Notes: generated by a model from the sequence alone, not told the origin. A stretch of 57,409 bases of DNA, filler included, from Dugesia japonica (GCA_001938525.1; 5 parts of 5 records of this genome joined end to end with filler, not necessarily neighbours in it); one strand, 5' to 3'; shown: positions 1-12,560, counted from the whole stretch's first letter. Program-made: numbers and translations.

Positions 1-373
1 TATATAGCGTTTGTAAGGACTGTCGGAAAAATGAAGGTGTCTGATTATAAAGATTTCAGATTAGAGACGTGCAATTGTATTAGTAATAAAAATATTTAAA
101 AATGAAATTATGGCTTTTAAGGCTGTTACTATGACAAATCAAATATTGTGCTTATTATATACTCTAAAAAACAAATTAAAAAATTATTATTAGTAAATTT
201 GTTTATCTGTATTTTATAAAATAATCAACACAATTCAGTAAAATCAATATAACTTANNNNNNNNNNNNNNNNNNNNNNNNNNNNNNNNNNNNNNNNNNNN
301 NNNNNNNNNNNNNNNNNNNNNNNNNNNNNNNNNNNNNNNTAAACTGAAATAACGCAAAGACAACTAAACTTTA

Positions 374-1365
374 TTAATTAAAATAGCAACCATTACAATT
401 AGCACATGTTTGCAAACGGGAAATAAACTTTCTCATTCCAGTTTTATAGAAATCCTCTCTTTGCATTCTATAATGTCACGGAAGGCACTTTCGTTAGAAC
501 CTTGGCTTTTAAAGATTTTTAAACACCCATCCATGAAAAAGGCAAGATGTTTAAAAAGTAATAGTTAGTAGGGAAGAGGTCTGGCAAGTATGAAGGGTTA
601 CTTTCACAGCCTAAGTCATGTAACCGTCGTATTGTCATTTGTGCATTGTCGCGGAGAACAATTGAACGTTTTCTGTTGTGAAAAAGTTGCAACTATTTAT
701 GAATCTCGTCGATTTCTACACAGTATTTGTCCTCTGTAATAGTTCCACCCGGAGACAAAGTTGTAATAGATAATGCCTCCAGAATACCAGTAATACCAAA
801 TAACCTTCTTTGGATGAAGTCGATAGTTTGGCAATTGTTGTGGAGCTTGACAGTAGTCCAATTTCTGTGCGGAACGCTTGCGGTGATCTTATAAAACCCA
901 TATTTTATCGCATGTCACTATTCGTTCGATGAAAGAGTCGTACATATTCAGGAGAAAATGCGGCAAGCAGACTTCAAAACGTCGACCTTTTTGTTTTTCA
1001 CTTAAGTCATGCAGCATCTATTTATCAAGCTTCTTCATCTTGTCCACTTGTTTGAGATTATTCAGAATTGTTCCATGGCTGATATTTAGTCTTGGGAATG
1101 CTGTCGAATAGTTATGTGCGGATCTGTTTAACCAAGTCGTTCAATTTTTTATTATCCACAGAAACTGAACATCAAATACATTCATCTTCTAAGCTCTCAT
1201 TCCAATTTCTAAAATTTTGAAACCTCTTCATCAAGCGCTTATTTATCGACCATTAGCAAAATGCGCGATCGATATTTTGACTAGTCCCTGCAGCCTTGTG
1301 GCCCANTTTGGTTTCTCCATAATTGAAATCGATAAATTGAAATTGAGATGACGGAATTTTTTGAA
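374..1365 (-). mobile_element. Degenerate mariner (DD34D) transposase remnant
   Basis: Manual minus-strand translation across stops and frameshifts gives GHKAAGTSQNIDRAF, KKLDK*MLHDLSEKQKGRRFEVC, RIVTCDKIWVL, LHPKKV, GGTITEDKYC, VLRDNA, PSYLPDLFPTNYYF and a final NGCYFN*. These are the canonical mariner motifs in order. Confidence 0.9.
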
Positions 1366-2678
1366 ATATTAAAACAAACACGAAATTAATACAGACCAAT
1401 CTTTTAAATAATAATTACAATAATTTAATAAAGTGTAATTGTCTTTAAGTTATTGCAGTTTAAACTTCTACATTTTCTTTTCAAGAACGATTTTCCGTTA
1501 AATAAATTCACACGAGGGAGCTTGCCCAAAAACAGAAAAGAAAAGAAACAAGAGTTTTTGGTTGAAAACTAAAGAGCTACCTCTAAGCCCATTGGCGATA
1601 TGACAGTGAACGACAAAAAAGTCGCCAAACTGACAATGAACAAAGTAGTCATATCACTTTGTGCGGAATATTGCTGGAGTCCAATCGCACTCGACGTACG
1701 TTACATGTAACCATAGTCACCTACTTTAGTTCATTGAAATTGACCAAAGACATGAAGTCAATCAACTGGGTGATCACCATCAAATTACTAATACAAGACT
1801 GCTTGAACGAGTTTTAAGTAAGTTTTATGTCTTCTTATTCTGCCAACGTCAGTATATTAACTAGAGATGCACCAAACACAATGAGAAGACCAGTTTTACA
1901 GAATGAGTACTAGTAATTAAATAGCAAAGACATTTTNAAGTCAAAAACGGACATTATTTTCTTACCTACCTATTAAATAAACATAGATAAACAAATTTAT
2001 TAATAAGAAATTTGATTTATCTGTGTTTTATAAAGTATATAATAAAGGAAATTTTTTGCAATTTTTAAGAGCAATATTTGAATTTCCCTAGTTATTTCTG
2101 AAAATATTGATATCGATTTTAATCAAGGCAAATTAGTATACAGAAAAATATTTATTACAAAATTTTGTTAAAATAAATTTCGTTTGAGAATGAAAAATCT
2201 TTAGCATTCTTTTAATTAAAAAAATTCTTAAGATGTGTATTATATTTTAAAAATTAATTGTAATCAAAAATTATTTCACAATTTCAATAATATTTAAGAT
2301 TCTAATTACATCCTTAAAATATATAAATATTTAAATTAACATTTGTACTTAGATTTTGTCATTGAATTAATTTTTAAAAATTAATTAAAATAATAACTTT
2401 TAGGATTGCAATTTTAAAGATTATTAGCAAGAAAAACACTATCCTCATCAATTATTTATTTAAGACAAAGTTACTATAAATTGAAAAAAATGAATTAGAA
2501 TAGTTTTAATATTCAAACAAATATGCGAAATAATTATTTTAATTATTTTCTTGAAATATTTTAAATTCCAAAAATTTTATAAATATTTAAATTGTGCATG
2601 TAAATTTGAAATTAAACAATTCAAATATCATTCTCACAAAGATAATTATTGTACTTAACCAATGATATCAATTTTCAA

Positions 2679-2877
2679 TATACTAATCCCTCGCTTTACG
2701 GAAACTCTTTATACGGAATTTCGCTATAACGGAATTGAAAAATTAACTTTTGTTTTCAGGAGTTTTGTCGTAAATCGAAATTTTATTCCGTAAACAGAGG
2801 TAATGGTTTAATTTTTCAATTTCGTTATTACGAAATTCCGTATAAAGAGTTTCCGTAAAACGAGGGATGAGTGTATA
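2679..2877. mobile_element. ~200-bp MITE with ~65-bp terminal inverted repeats, TA-flanked (Tc1/mariner-pogo type)
   Basis: Left end tatactaatccctcgctttacggaaactctttatacggaatttcg...gaaaaatta is the near-perfect reverse complement of the right end taatttttcaatttcg...ccgtataaagagtttccgtaaaacgagggatgagtgtata. Confidence 0.85.
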
Positions 2878-2929
2878 AGTAAAAATCAGTTNAAAAAATT
2901 TTACTTTTTTCATACATTTGAACTAGATA

Positions 2930-3919
2930 ATGTTTTGTAAAATGAATTCCAGAGTTATTCCAAAATATAAGTACATGTATTTCTCACGACAACTGCTTAG
3001 CGGATCGTGTTACATATTTAAAGGCGAATATTAAAGAGCTAAATCTTTGATCTTTGAGTTTTCTTTTTAGGGTTGACAGGAACTAGCTGCCCATTTCACT
3101 ACGTTGATTCTCCTAATTTGTGAATAAAAATATGAGAATAGAATTCTCATCAAGAAAGTTCTAATTTTGAGAGCCTTAATGATAACCTCGGAATGCTTTT
3201 CTTCAGTATCAGTAGTGGCCATAAATGTTAAATTGAGCGTACCAAGTGCTTTACAGACGTACTTGCTGGTGTGTATGTATTTAGCCAGCATTGATCCAAG
3301 ATTATTCCAACGTGTCCTGCAGTCTAATATCAAGTATATCTCTTTTTTCTCAACCTTTTTATATAATTCTGCAAGATAGCATTTCGTACTGGCGAGTTCT
3401 TGAATTTCAAAATAATCTTTGCTTACGATTTTAAATGCTGACTTTAAAGTGGCAGGTTTGTCATGAACAAATACGATATCGTCGTCCTCGTCATAGGAAT
3501 CGTTTTCCACGTCGACGACAAAAAGAGACGTACCAACTGCATTGTCTTCATCCTCATTGATTTACCTGCCTGCATCATCCGAGTCCTCCAGGCAATATGC
3601 ATCATTATAATTTATATTTTCTCCATTGATTACGTCACTGTTGCTTATCATGTTTGCTNCATTGCCCTTCTGATGTATTACCTCCATAACCGCGAGATGT
3701 ATGCCGTGATTGTAGCATAGTTGTTGACGCGCAGGTGATAGTATACCAAATTGTTTAATTTAAGGCTAACAATAAAAATAACTGTATTTCTCGAGAATTC
3801 TAGAGAAATTCTTGGGATTCGAGATTTCCCGATTTCAAAAAATTCTCGGGATTCAGGAATACATAACCTCGAGAATTTCTCGATAATTCCCTTCAGAAAA
3901 TTCTTGAAACACATCCCTA
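2930..3919 (-). mobile_element. Internally deleted hAT transposon (5' end plus transposase fragment)
   Basis: The minus strand begins TAGGGATG at 3919, followed by repeated subterminal (c/t)cgagaa motifs. Translation gives the hAT CxxH motif LCYNHGIHLAV and LILDCRTRWNNLGSML (ORF 3067..3510). Confidence 0.85.
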
Positions 3920-4239
3920 ACTGCAGCTGAATCTAATTGAAGAAATTTTTGGTGAGCATAAGGCCAATTACAGAACGATGAGACCTATACCTACAACCAG
4001 AGAAGAAATAAAAGCAGGAATTAGAGACTTAATGGGTTCAAGTGCTGGAAATTTTAAACAGTTATGAGAGAGTTTCAAGGTTACCATTGGCTATTGCCAG
4101 AAATGATTTTATTTAATAAAGTAAAATATGATTTTATTTGTGAACTATTTATTTAAAGTAAAAAAATTCTTATTTTCTTTTAATAGTTGTCTTTCGAGAA
4201 CTGATTTGTGCTTATCTCATAAGACAAAACTGGAATGTA
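3920..4239 (+). mobile_element. 3' end of an IS630/Tc1-like element, interrupted by the hAT
   Basis: Translation QLNLIEEIFGEHK resembles the SPxLNPIE catalytic-E motif. The segment ends in a TIR-like ...aaaactggaatg followed by TA. Confidence 0.45.
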
Positions 4240-6396
4240 TTTTTCATTAGGAAATTTTGTTTATTCTTTAAACTTATTTTTATTATTCATATTAAATTGC
4301 ATTTGATGATTGTGAGGTCGATTCATGAATTTCAAATGTCTGAGATTTTTTAATTTTTATATATATTACGTATATATTATTTAAAAATTTATTTCTGAAA
4401 CTTTTAAATATTACTGAAAAAAGTAAAAGATAATTTTTTAAAAATTTTTAAAGTGTTTTTTTGAAATTAAATTATTTTAAAATCAAAATAGATATTTTAT
4501 ATTAGATAAAAGTATAAAATTATAAAAATTGTTTTATGATATTAAAATGTTTTAAAATCAAGATCGATATTTTTTATTATNNNNNNNNNNNNNNNNNNNN
4601 NNNNNTTGTTTTATAAAATTATCATAAATAAAATATTTTAAAAAGGAAAACCGATATTTATAAAAAATATATTTTATTAAAAGTTCTCAGATTATTTGTT
4701 TGAATACTGTGAATTGTTCTTCATCATTTTTCATTGTAATAAAAGACTTGTAATAATCAATAAAAATTTATGGAGACTTGTGAGATTTTGAATTTTAACT
4801 AATCATGATAAACCACGAATTATTTATATTTGGCATAAATTAACTTTCATTTTAAATATTTTGTTTTATATTCTAATTAAATTTACTTATATTTTGGAAT
4901 AATTCTATAAAATCTAGTCGTTATTTCCAATATTTTTCGATATTGTTACATTTTAAATATTTCAGTAGTTAATTAAAATTTTGAATGCATACGTCCTATT
5001 TACAGGACAATTAGTAAATTTATTTTTTGAACTATCATTTAAAATGAAATCCACTAAGCTACCATGACAGCTAAACAAGCGAATAAAGTACATAATATAA
5101 CTCTTAATTTTATAAATATCGTAGGTTAACTTAAATCACATTTTAATTTTAAATCACGTTGCTTTAAAATTAATTATACTTTTCATTGCAGATTTTCTAT
5201 TTATAATTATTACTTTGCTTGTATTTTCAAGTAGAAATAATACAAGAAATAAAACAAATCATGAGTAGTGTTGGTAGAGAATTCGTTAGTATTTATAAGT
5301 ATCTAATTATTTTTATAAAAGATATTTCATATAAATCATAATAAACGTGGATTGTCAATTAACAGCTAAAAATTTGAATAAAAAGCGAATTTTAATGTGA
5401 TCTTGTCACGTAGTTAATTTGAAGAATTTCTCGATCAAAAATTCCAAAAATTAATATTGATATTTTATATTTACATTTTATAATTAATAAAAATATTATT
5501 ATCATATTAGAATATTATTTACTTTGTTCTGTTACTCTCAAAATTCAGATTTTAATTGATTTCTTATTCTCATTTTATAATAGAATGAAATTATACAAGT
5601 TAACAGGTTATTTTCAGTGATAATTTTATATAATGAGACTATTCATTTCTATTCTGAGATATTTGTGTACGTGAATTAATAATTACTAGATTATATGTTA
5701 CAGACAACATTAATTATGATTGGTTTCAGTTATAATTAATTAATATATTGTTTGAATATTAATTTAAAACCCAGAATTTTGAAGATATACAGTAGAGCTG
5801 TCGGACTTCTTGTGTATGCGAAATATGTTTTCAACTTTGTTATTTACCTTTATATGAAATGAAAATTACAATTTATAATCAGATTTCAATATTTATTAAC
5901 CATATCAAATGAGACCATGAAAGTATCAAAATAAACCAGATAAATACCAAAATTATAAGCACAGAAAATTTGAATTTATATTAAAATTTTTTTTACAAAT
6001 AGTTTAACGCGATAAGTAGATGTTTGTTTTCAGTTTCAAATACTACTGATATCAAATAATTATAATATTATCAAATAAGACAATCATTATAAGTATATGT
6101 AATTAAGGGGATAAGAAATATCTACCAAAAAACAACTCGTGATAGACTGATTGGTCAAAATTAGCAGTTTATTAGGATAAATTATATTCGATCAAATCGT
6201 TGCGTTTTCAGATGAATTTTAAATAATCAAAAGTATAATTTTGAAGCAGTTCAAAAATTTAATGAATTTACTGAAAATTGAAGCATTATATAAGATTGTT
6301 TCGGAATTTTAAAGTGAAACTACTGTAAAAATTTTAAACAATAAAGAGATGAATATAATTGAGAAATAAGCAAGTGGCATACTGAAACTATAAAAG

Positions 6397-7419
6397 CAAG
6401 GGTGCGCAACTATTTGGTTATTGACGGCTGCACAACAATTTTTTTTCTTATATAACGGCCACACGATAAGAACAATGTTTTTTTAAATATAAACACCAAA
6501 CTTCTCATTATCTTATAAAAATTAATTGTAATACTATTTAACAAATATTTAAATAGAAATACTCAAATTTTATTAAAAATAATTATTTTTTATTTAGGTT
6601 AAGTACGAAAATCAATGGCTGCTTTGGTTTTGAAAATCTGATGATAAACTTGTAAAATTTAGAATTTCATTAGTAACCCCAAGTTGCATTGCAGATAGCA
6701 GACTTTATTTACAGATTAAAACAAATCGATATTTCATTATTCAGTTACAATATTATTTTCAAATAAATTTAATCAGTTACGACAATATGACCAAACTATC
6801 TTTTATTGATAATAATATAAATTAAAAACTATGTATAGCTTAAATAATCAAAAAACAATGGCAATCTTTTAATAAAAACTTTGAAACGCCATTTCAATAT
6901 ATATTTCTGCATTANNNNNNNNNNNNNNNNNNNNNNNNNNNNNNNNNNNNNNNNNNNNNNNTTTTTTTTGAAAATTCTTTATTTAAACAATATTTATTTC
7001 GTTTTTTCATTTTTTTTAAAATTTATTATACATAAAAAATTCTGATTACGTAAACAATTATGCAATCTCTCCAATAAATCAAATTAATTAAAAACATTAA
7101 ATAAAGATTTAGAAAGACCAGTTNNNNNNNNNNNNNNNNNNNNNNNNNNNNNNNNNNNNNNNNNNNNNNNNNNNNNNNNNNNNNNNNNNNNNNNNNNNNN
7201 NNNNNNNNNNNNNNNNNNNNNNNNNNNNNNNNNNNNGCAATTAATATTATGTTCAGCAATATTACTTCCACTACCAACTCGACGATGCTCTTGAATTCTT
7301 GTACAGAGATAAATGTATAGCTTGTTTATTATATTTTATAACTACAGATTTAAGTACAAGATCGAGATTTTCCACGGCCGCCAAACTCATTAGCCACGGC
7401 GGCAGGTTGCACACCCCTG
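6397..7419 (-). mobile_element. Non-autonomous hAT (Buster/Charlie-type) element
   Basis: TIRs are CAAGGGTGCGCAAC (6397) and GTTGCACACCCCTG (ending 7419). The 8-bp flanks tataaaag/aattaaag match at 6 of 8 positions. The minus strand at ~6610-6720 reads SLLSAMQLGVTNEILNFTSLSSDFQNQSSH*, like a Buster transposase C-terminus. Confidence 0.8.
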
Positions 7420-7632
7420 AATTAAAGAATAATAAAAAGTCCCGGCGTGCAAAACTTGGATAAAATGTTCCTGGAGTTTCATATTTTTATGACAGTGGTA
7501 AAATATTTATTTTTAACCCCTATAAATTACGATTTAACGAAGGAATGAGTAAGTTAGTAATTATTATGGCGATTTGTTGCAAAAAAATGCAAAATTGAAA
7601 TAGGTAGATAATTCATTTATCTTGTAAAATAA

Positions 7633-8350
7633 ATACAAAAAACCATTGAAGAAGGCTATGCCGAAATATTAAAAATAGAAGAACGGCAACTTGGTTTTTA
7701 GCTTGTTAAAAACAAATTTATTTATTGATAGTTAAATGGTTAAAAAAAATAATTTTCAAGTTTTAAAAAAATTTTAAAAATAGATTTATCATAATGTTTT
7801 GTAGCAATTAACCAAGAAAATGTTCATTTAATTTTATATTACAATTAAAGTCCAATGAAAATTGAATTAATCAGATTTATTTAAAATCTGTCTTTATGTC
7901 AAAGTTTGCAATAAAAATTTACTGAACAACAGTTCCTGAAGAAGGCTATGTCGAAATATTGAAAATAGTAGAACGGCAACTTTGATCTTTGCTTGTTAAA
8001 AAAAATTTTTAAATAAAATTTTTTTGTTGTTAAAAACGAATTTTTAAACTGATATTTGTTTAAATGTTCGTTTTGAAAATTTGGTTGAAAAAGAAAAATT
8101 TTGGAAAAAGTGTTGATTTCCTTATTCCATCGATGAGCACTTCAAACAAAAAACCATTATATTAAAAAAAACCATTGAAGAAGGCTATGCCGAAATATTG
8201 AAAATAGAAGAACAACAACTTTAATCTTAGCTAAAAAAAATTTTTAATAAAAAATTTTTGTTAAAAACGAATTTATTTATTGACAGATCAAATGGTTAAA
8301 AAAATAAATTTTAAGTTTTAAAAATATTTAAAAAATAGATTTTATCATTA
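7633..8350 (+). repeat. Three tandem Penelope-like pseudo-LTR units, each with a minimal hammerhead-like motif
   Basis: Direct repeats start near 7640, 7930 and 8170. They share (c/t)TGAAGAAGGCTATG(c/t)CGAAATATT..AAAATAG..GAAC plus downstream sequence. Confidence 0.7.
7931..7964 (+). ncRNA. Minimal type I hammerhead ribozyme motif (best copy)
   Basis: ttc-CTGAAGA-a-GGC-tat-GTC-GAAA-TAT-T-gaa. Both catalytic boxes (CUGANGA and GAAA) are present, with a short stem II, a palindromic ATAT stem III and ttc/gaa stem I pairing. Confidence 0.65.
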
Positions 8351-9219
8351 TATTAATTTTATTTTTAAATTGTTAGATTAAAAAAAAATTAATTCGAATT
8401 TGGAGCATAATTGATCATTTCTTTAAATTTAGAGTTCAATACTTCTATTACGACTTTTGCAAATTAAAAAGTATCCTAAACAAGTATATAATTTCTCCCG
8501 TTCAAATGGAATGATGTTTATTCTTTGCAATATTTTTATTGATTCTTTCAGAAAATCTTTAGTTGAAAAACATCAAAAATCAATGACTTCTACAATAACA
8601 CTAAAAAATCCCCACCAACGTTTTTTATGTAAAAATAATAAATTTACTGTAAAGATTTTGAAAGCATTTACTTCCGCGGACATTTCTTTTTCATTTCATT
8701 ATTTTCTTTAGATTTTATAAATGAAAAATTTTCGTAAAATTATTTTAACGTAAATGCAAATTTTTTCAATATAGTTACAAAATCAATGTTGCTCTAGTAA
8801 TTATAGAAAAAAATTTACATAAATGGTAGTTTAGAAAAGGTAAAGTAGGTAAAAATTGAGTAAACATAAAAATTGATTAATAAAATAATAATTTTCACAT
8901 TACGTAAACATTGAAAATATTTCACATTATTACTTGATAACAATAATTTTATTAAATAACGACATTTGTTTTATCGATTCCTTAATCTGAAGGTTTTAAG
9001 AAGTTTGTTGTTGGAAAATCATGTTTAACTATTGATGTTATAATTTAATATAGTTCGTTGAGGATTGAGTTCCATGTTTTAAAGAATCTAGTCTACCTGT
9101 AGAGGCCAAATATTTTTCTAAAATGGTGTCACGTTCGATATGGATTAAAGCATTATTTCATGATTTATGTGCAGTTAAAGTTTTAATAATTATCCAATAA
9201 GTTAGATTTTGATTTATTC

Positions 9220-9790
9220 GATGACTTTTTATCCGATGACCTTTTATCCGATGACCTTTTATCCGATAACCTTTTATCCGATGACCTTTTATCCAATGAC
9301 CTTTTATCCAATGACCTTTTATCCAATGACCTTTTATCCGATTACCTTTTATCCGATGACCTTTTATCCGATGACCTTTTATCCGATGACCTTTTATCCA
9401 GTGACCTTTTATCCAATGACCTTTTATCCAATGACCTTTTATCCAATGACCTTTTATCCGATGACCTTTTATCCGATGACCTTTTATCNNNNNNNNNNNN
9501 NNNNNNNNNNNNNNNNNNNNNNNNNNNNNNNNNNNNNNTTATCCAATGACCTTTTATCCGATGACCTTTTATCCGATGACCTTTTATCCGATGACCTTTT
9601 ATCCGATGACCTATTATCCAATGACCTTTTATCTAATGACCTTTTATCCAATGACCTTTTATCCAATGACCTTTTATCCGATGACCTTTTATCCGATGAC
9701 CTTTTATCCGATCACTTTTATACGATCAGTTTTTATACGATCACTTTTTAAACGATCACTTTTATCTCAGGACTTTTCATCCAGAGACTT
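9220..9790. repeat. 15-bp minisatellite (atgaccttttatcc[g/a]), ~30+ copies, degenerating toward 9790
   Basis: Directly visible tandem array with an internal N gap. It is probably a subterminal array of a DNA transposon (inference). Confidence 0.95.
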
Positions 9791-10029
9791 GGTGTCCTAC
9801 ACTCTAATTTAAAGTGAAGGTGTCCATTAATATTAAATTAATTACTTTTATTATGTTATATTAAGCATAAAAAATCATTTTTTTCATTAAAACTATTTCA
9901 TATATATAAATTAATAGTTTATTATAGTTTATTAATTTAGTTTAGTTAGTAGTTTAGTAGTTTATTAATAGTTTATTTATTATTTATTTATTTGTATATT
10001 TATGCTCATTTAAAATGCAAATTAAGTAC

Positions 10030-10304
10030 CTGAATGTTCTTATAAAATTCAGTTATCAAATTTTCTGATATTTGTGCTTCTTTTTGTAAATGTTGAATAC
10101 AGCCCATAGATTCTTGTAGTTGTTGAATGTAAATCACAGAATTTTTCAATATACCACCTTTGTTACGTTTTGATTCTCTTAAAATAATTCGAAATACTTC
10201 ACTATTTACGCATGACACTTACGTGCTTAGAAATAATTTCTCTGGTAACAACTGACCAAGTTCTTGGATCTGATTATTGATATAATCTCTCCTTTTTCTT
10301 TCAA
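10030..10304 (-). CDS. Two exons (10304-10223, 10177-10030) of an MiT/TFE-family (MITF/TFEB-like) bHLH-ZIP gene, partial
   Basis: Spliced translation is ERKRRDYINNQIQELGQLLPEKLFLST|ESKRNKGGILKNSVIYIQQLQ...FYKNIQ|. It has a 45-bp GT-AG intron (10178-10222). Intron positions and phases (1, 2, 0) match those of MITF (before ERRRR, before WNKGTILK, after RIQ). Confidence 0.85.
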
Positions 10305-10329
10305 CTAATTATTGAAAATAAAAATATAA

Positions 10330-10345
10330 TAATATTATTATTATA

Positions 10346-10404
<59 letters not shown>

Positions 10405-10672
10405 NNNNNNNNNNNNNNNNNNNNNNNNNNNNNNNNNNNNNNNNNNNNNNNNNNNNNNNNNNNNNNNNNATTTTGAAATAGTAAATACTAAATTGACAGC
10501 AAACTTCATAAAACGTAGAAATTGTAGGCAATATAAATTGAAGGAAATAATAAAAAATGTGTATTTCAATGAAATACGACATATTATTTCAAATTGACAT
10601 AAATAATAGATCATTCGGAATGTAGTGGCAGATTTATCAATAGTCGGGAATTTCCATATCTTTTTCCCATCG

Positions 10673-10726
<54 letters not shown>
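10330..10726. repeat. (AAT)n microsatellites (~10347-10404 and 10675-10726)
   Basis: Directly visible. Confidence 0.95.
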
Positions 10727-10826
10727 NNNNNNNNNNNNNNNNNNNNNNNNNNNNNNNNNNNNNNNNNNNNTTAATTAATTAANNNNNNNNNNNNNNNNNN
10801 NNNNNNNNNNNNNNNNNNNNNNNNNN
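10727..10826. other. Artificial contig linker (44N-TTAATTAATTAA-44N)
   Basis: The same six-frame-stop spacer occurs four times in the window. Confidence 0.95.
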
Positions 10827-12560
10827 TTTTGGAAGGAAAATGTTTTGGCGGGAAATTTAAAATTTTTTTTGAGAAGACTTTATATTTATGTATAAGATGG
10901 ACAGTCTTGATATTTTGCATGGGATCGGAGGGAGTCTCTATATTTTGCATGGAAAAGTCTCTATATTTACCATTGGGGAGTCTCTATATTTTGCATGGAA
11001 GAATCTCCATATTTTGCATGGAATGGGACAGTCTTGATAAAATTGATTTTAATTAAAAATGATTAATTTATTTAAATTGATTATTTTAATTAAAAATGAT
11101 TAATTTTTTTATATTTTGTAGTAGATGGGACAGTCTTGATATTTTTGTAAGAGATTGGGGCAGTCTAAAATTCCTATGCACGCGATTTTCTGAGAATGTG
11201 TGTTACATTCGTGTTGCATCTGAGTTGCATACCTATTGCATTCATTAAAAATTTATTAAAAAAATCATTAAAAATTCCCAGGCACGTTTTGCTGTATTGC
11301 ATACATACTACATCCCAATTGCATTCGTTATTTAAAAACATTTGGGTAGTCTTTATATTTTGTAGTATACGGGTCACTCTTCATATTTTTGCAATAGATT
11401 GGTCAGTATTGATTTTTTTTAAGTCTTGATATTTATGTATGATATTGAGCAGTCTTGATATTTTTTGCAAGAGATTGGACAGTCTTTATATGTTTCGGAC
11501 AGTCTAAAATTTAAATAAGTTAATTAAAATTAATTACATTTAATTAACATGATAAAATAATTGAAATATTTATATGATAAAATATAATTATTAAAAATAA
11601 CCATAGAGGAGAGTCTATGAAATATTTACATGATGAAATATTCAAACTATAACTTTTCTTTACAAAATAATAAAAACATAGAACTTCTTTTTTCTATAAA
11701 AGCATATAAGTAGTAACATTTTTTCATAAAAACCATATTATTACTAACAATGTTTCTTAAAAACATTATTACTAACAATGTTTCTTAAAAACATATTAGT
11801 AGTGACAATGTTTCATAAAAAACATATTAGCTGAGAACTTTTCTTTACAAAATAATAAAAACAGAACTTTTTCATAAAAATCATAAATTCATGGAACCTT
11901 TTCATATATAACTAATAAGTCTATAAAAAAAATTATAAAAAAATATTTTTATGATTGTATAGGGTTAATGAGTGTATTATTTACATAGTTAACTTGCATT
12001 ATTAACATAGGGTTAATGAATGTATGGTGTTTATATGTGTGTAGGGTTTATGAGTGTATTATTTGCATATTTACCATGTATTATTTACATAGCAACCGTG
12101 TAATATAAGGTTTATGAATGTATTATTTGCATAATTATCTTATATTATTTACACAGTAAACCTGTATTATAGGANNNNNNNNNNNNNNNNNNNNNNNNNN
12201 NNNNNNNNNNNNNNNNNNNNNNNNTTTCTTTACAAAATGATAAAAACAGAACTTTTTCATAAAAATCATAAATTCATGGAACCTTTCCATATATAACTAA
12301 TAAGTCTGGAAAAAAAATTATAAAAAAATATTTTAATGATTGTATAGGGTTAATGAGTGTATTATTTACATAGTTAACTTGCATTATTAACATAGGGTTA
12401 ATGAATGTTTGGGGTTTATATGTGTGTAGGGTTTATGAGTGTATTATTTGCATATTTACCATGTATTATTTACATAGCAACCGTTTAATATAAGGTTTAT
12501 GAATGTATTATTTGCATAATTATCTTATATTATTTACACAGTAAACCTGTATTATAGGAA
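10827..12560. repeat. Complex repeat region, probably the terminal/subterminal region of the adjacent Polinton
   Basis: Contains interspersed ggacagtcttgatatttt and gtctctatattttgcatgg motifs, tandem tactaacaatgtttcttaaaaaca units, and a ~335-bp duplication (11840-12174 / 12224-12558). It lies upstream of Polinton genes. Confidence 0.55.

Noticed and set aside
9484-9666. ORF of SLDKR/SSDKR repeats resembling a neuropeptide precursor, and the MTFYP-repeat ORFs on +
   Set aside because: By-products of a stop-free 15-bp minisatellite that is open in several frames; no signal peptide or amidation glycine.
10301-10614. Poly-Ile/poly-Leu ORFs and other X-filled ORFs spanning gaps
   Set aside because: Artefacts of (AAT)n microsatellites and N runs.
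10890-11510. Short repeats with variable spacers, superficially CRISPR-like
   Set aside because: Repeats are degenerate and irregularly spaced, the spacers resemble each other, there are no cas genes and the context is eukaryotic.
11960-12435. tagggtt motifs resembling telomeric repeats
   Set aside because: Isolated within longer repeat units and never in tandem TTAGGG arrays.
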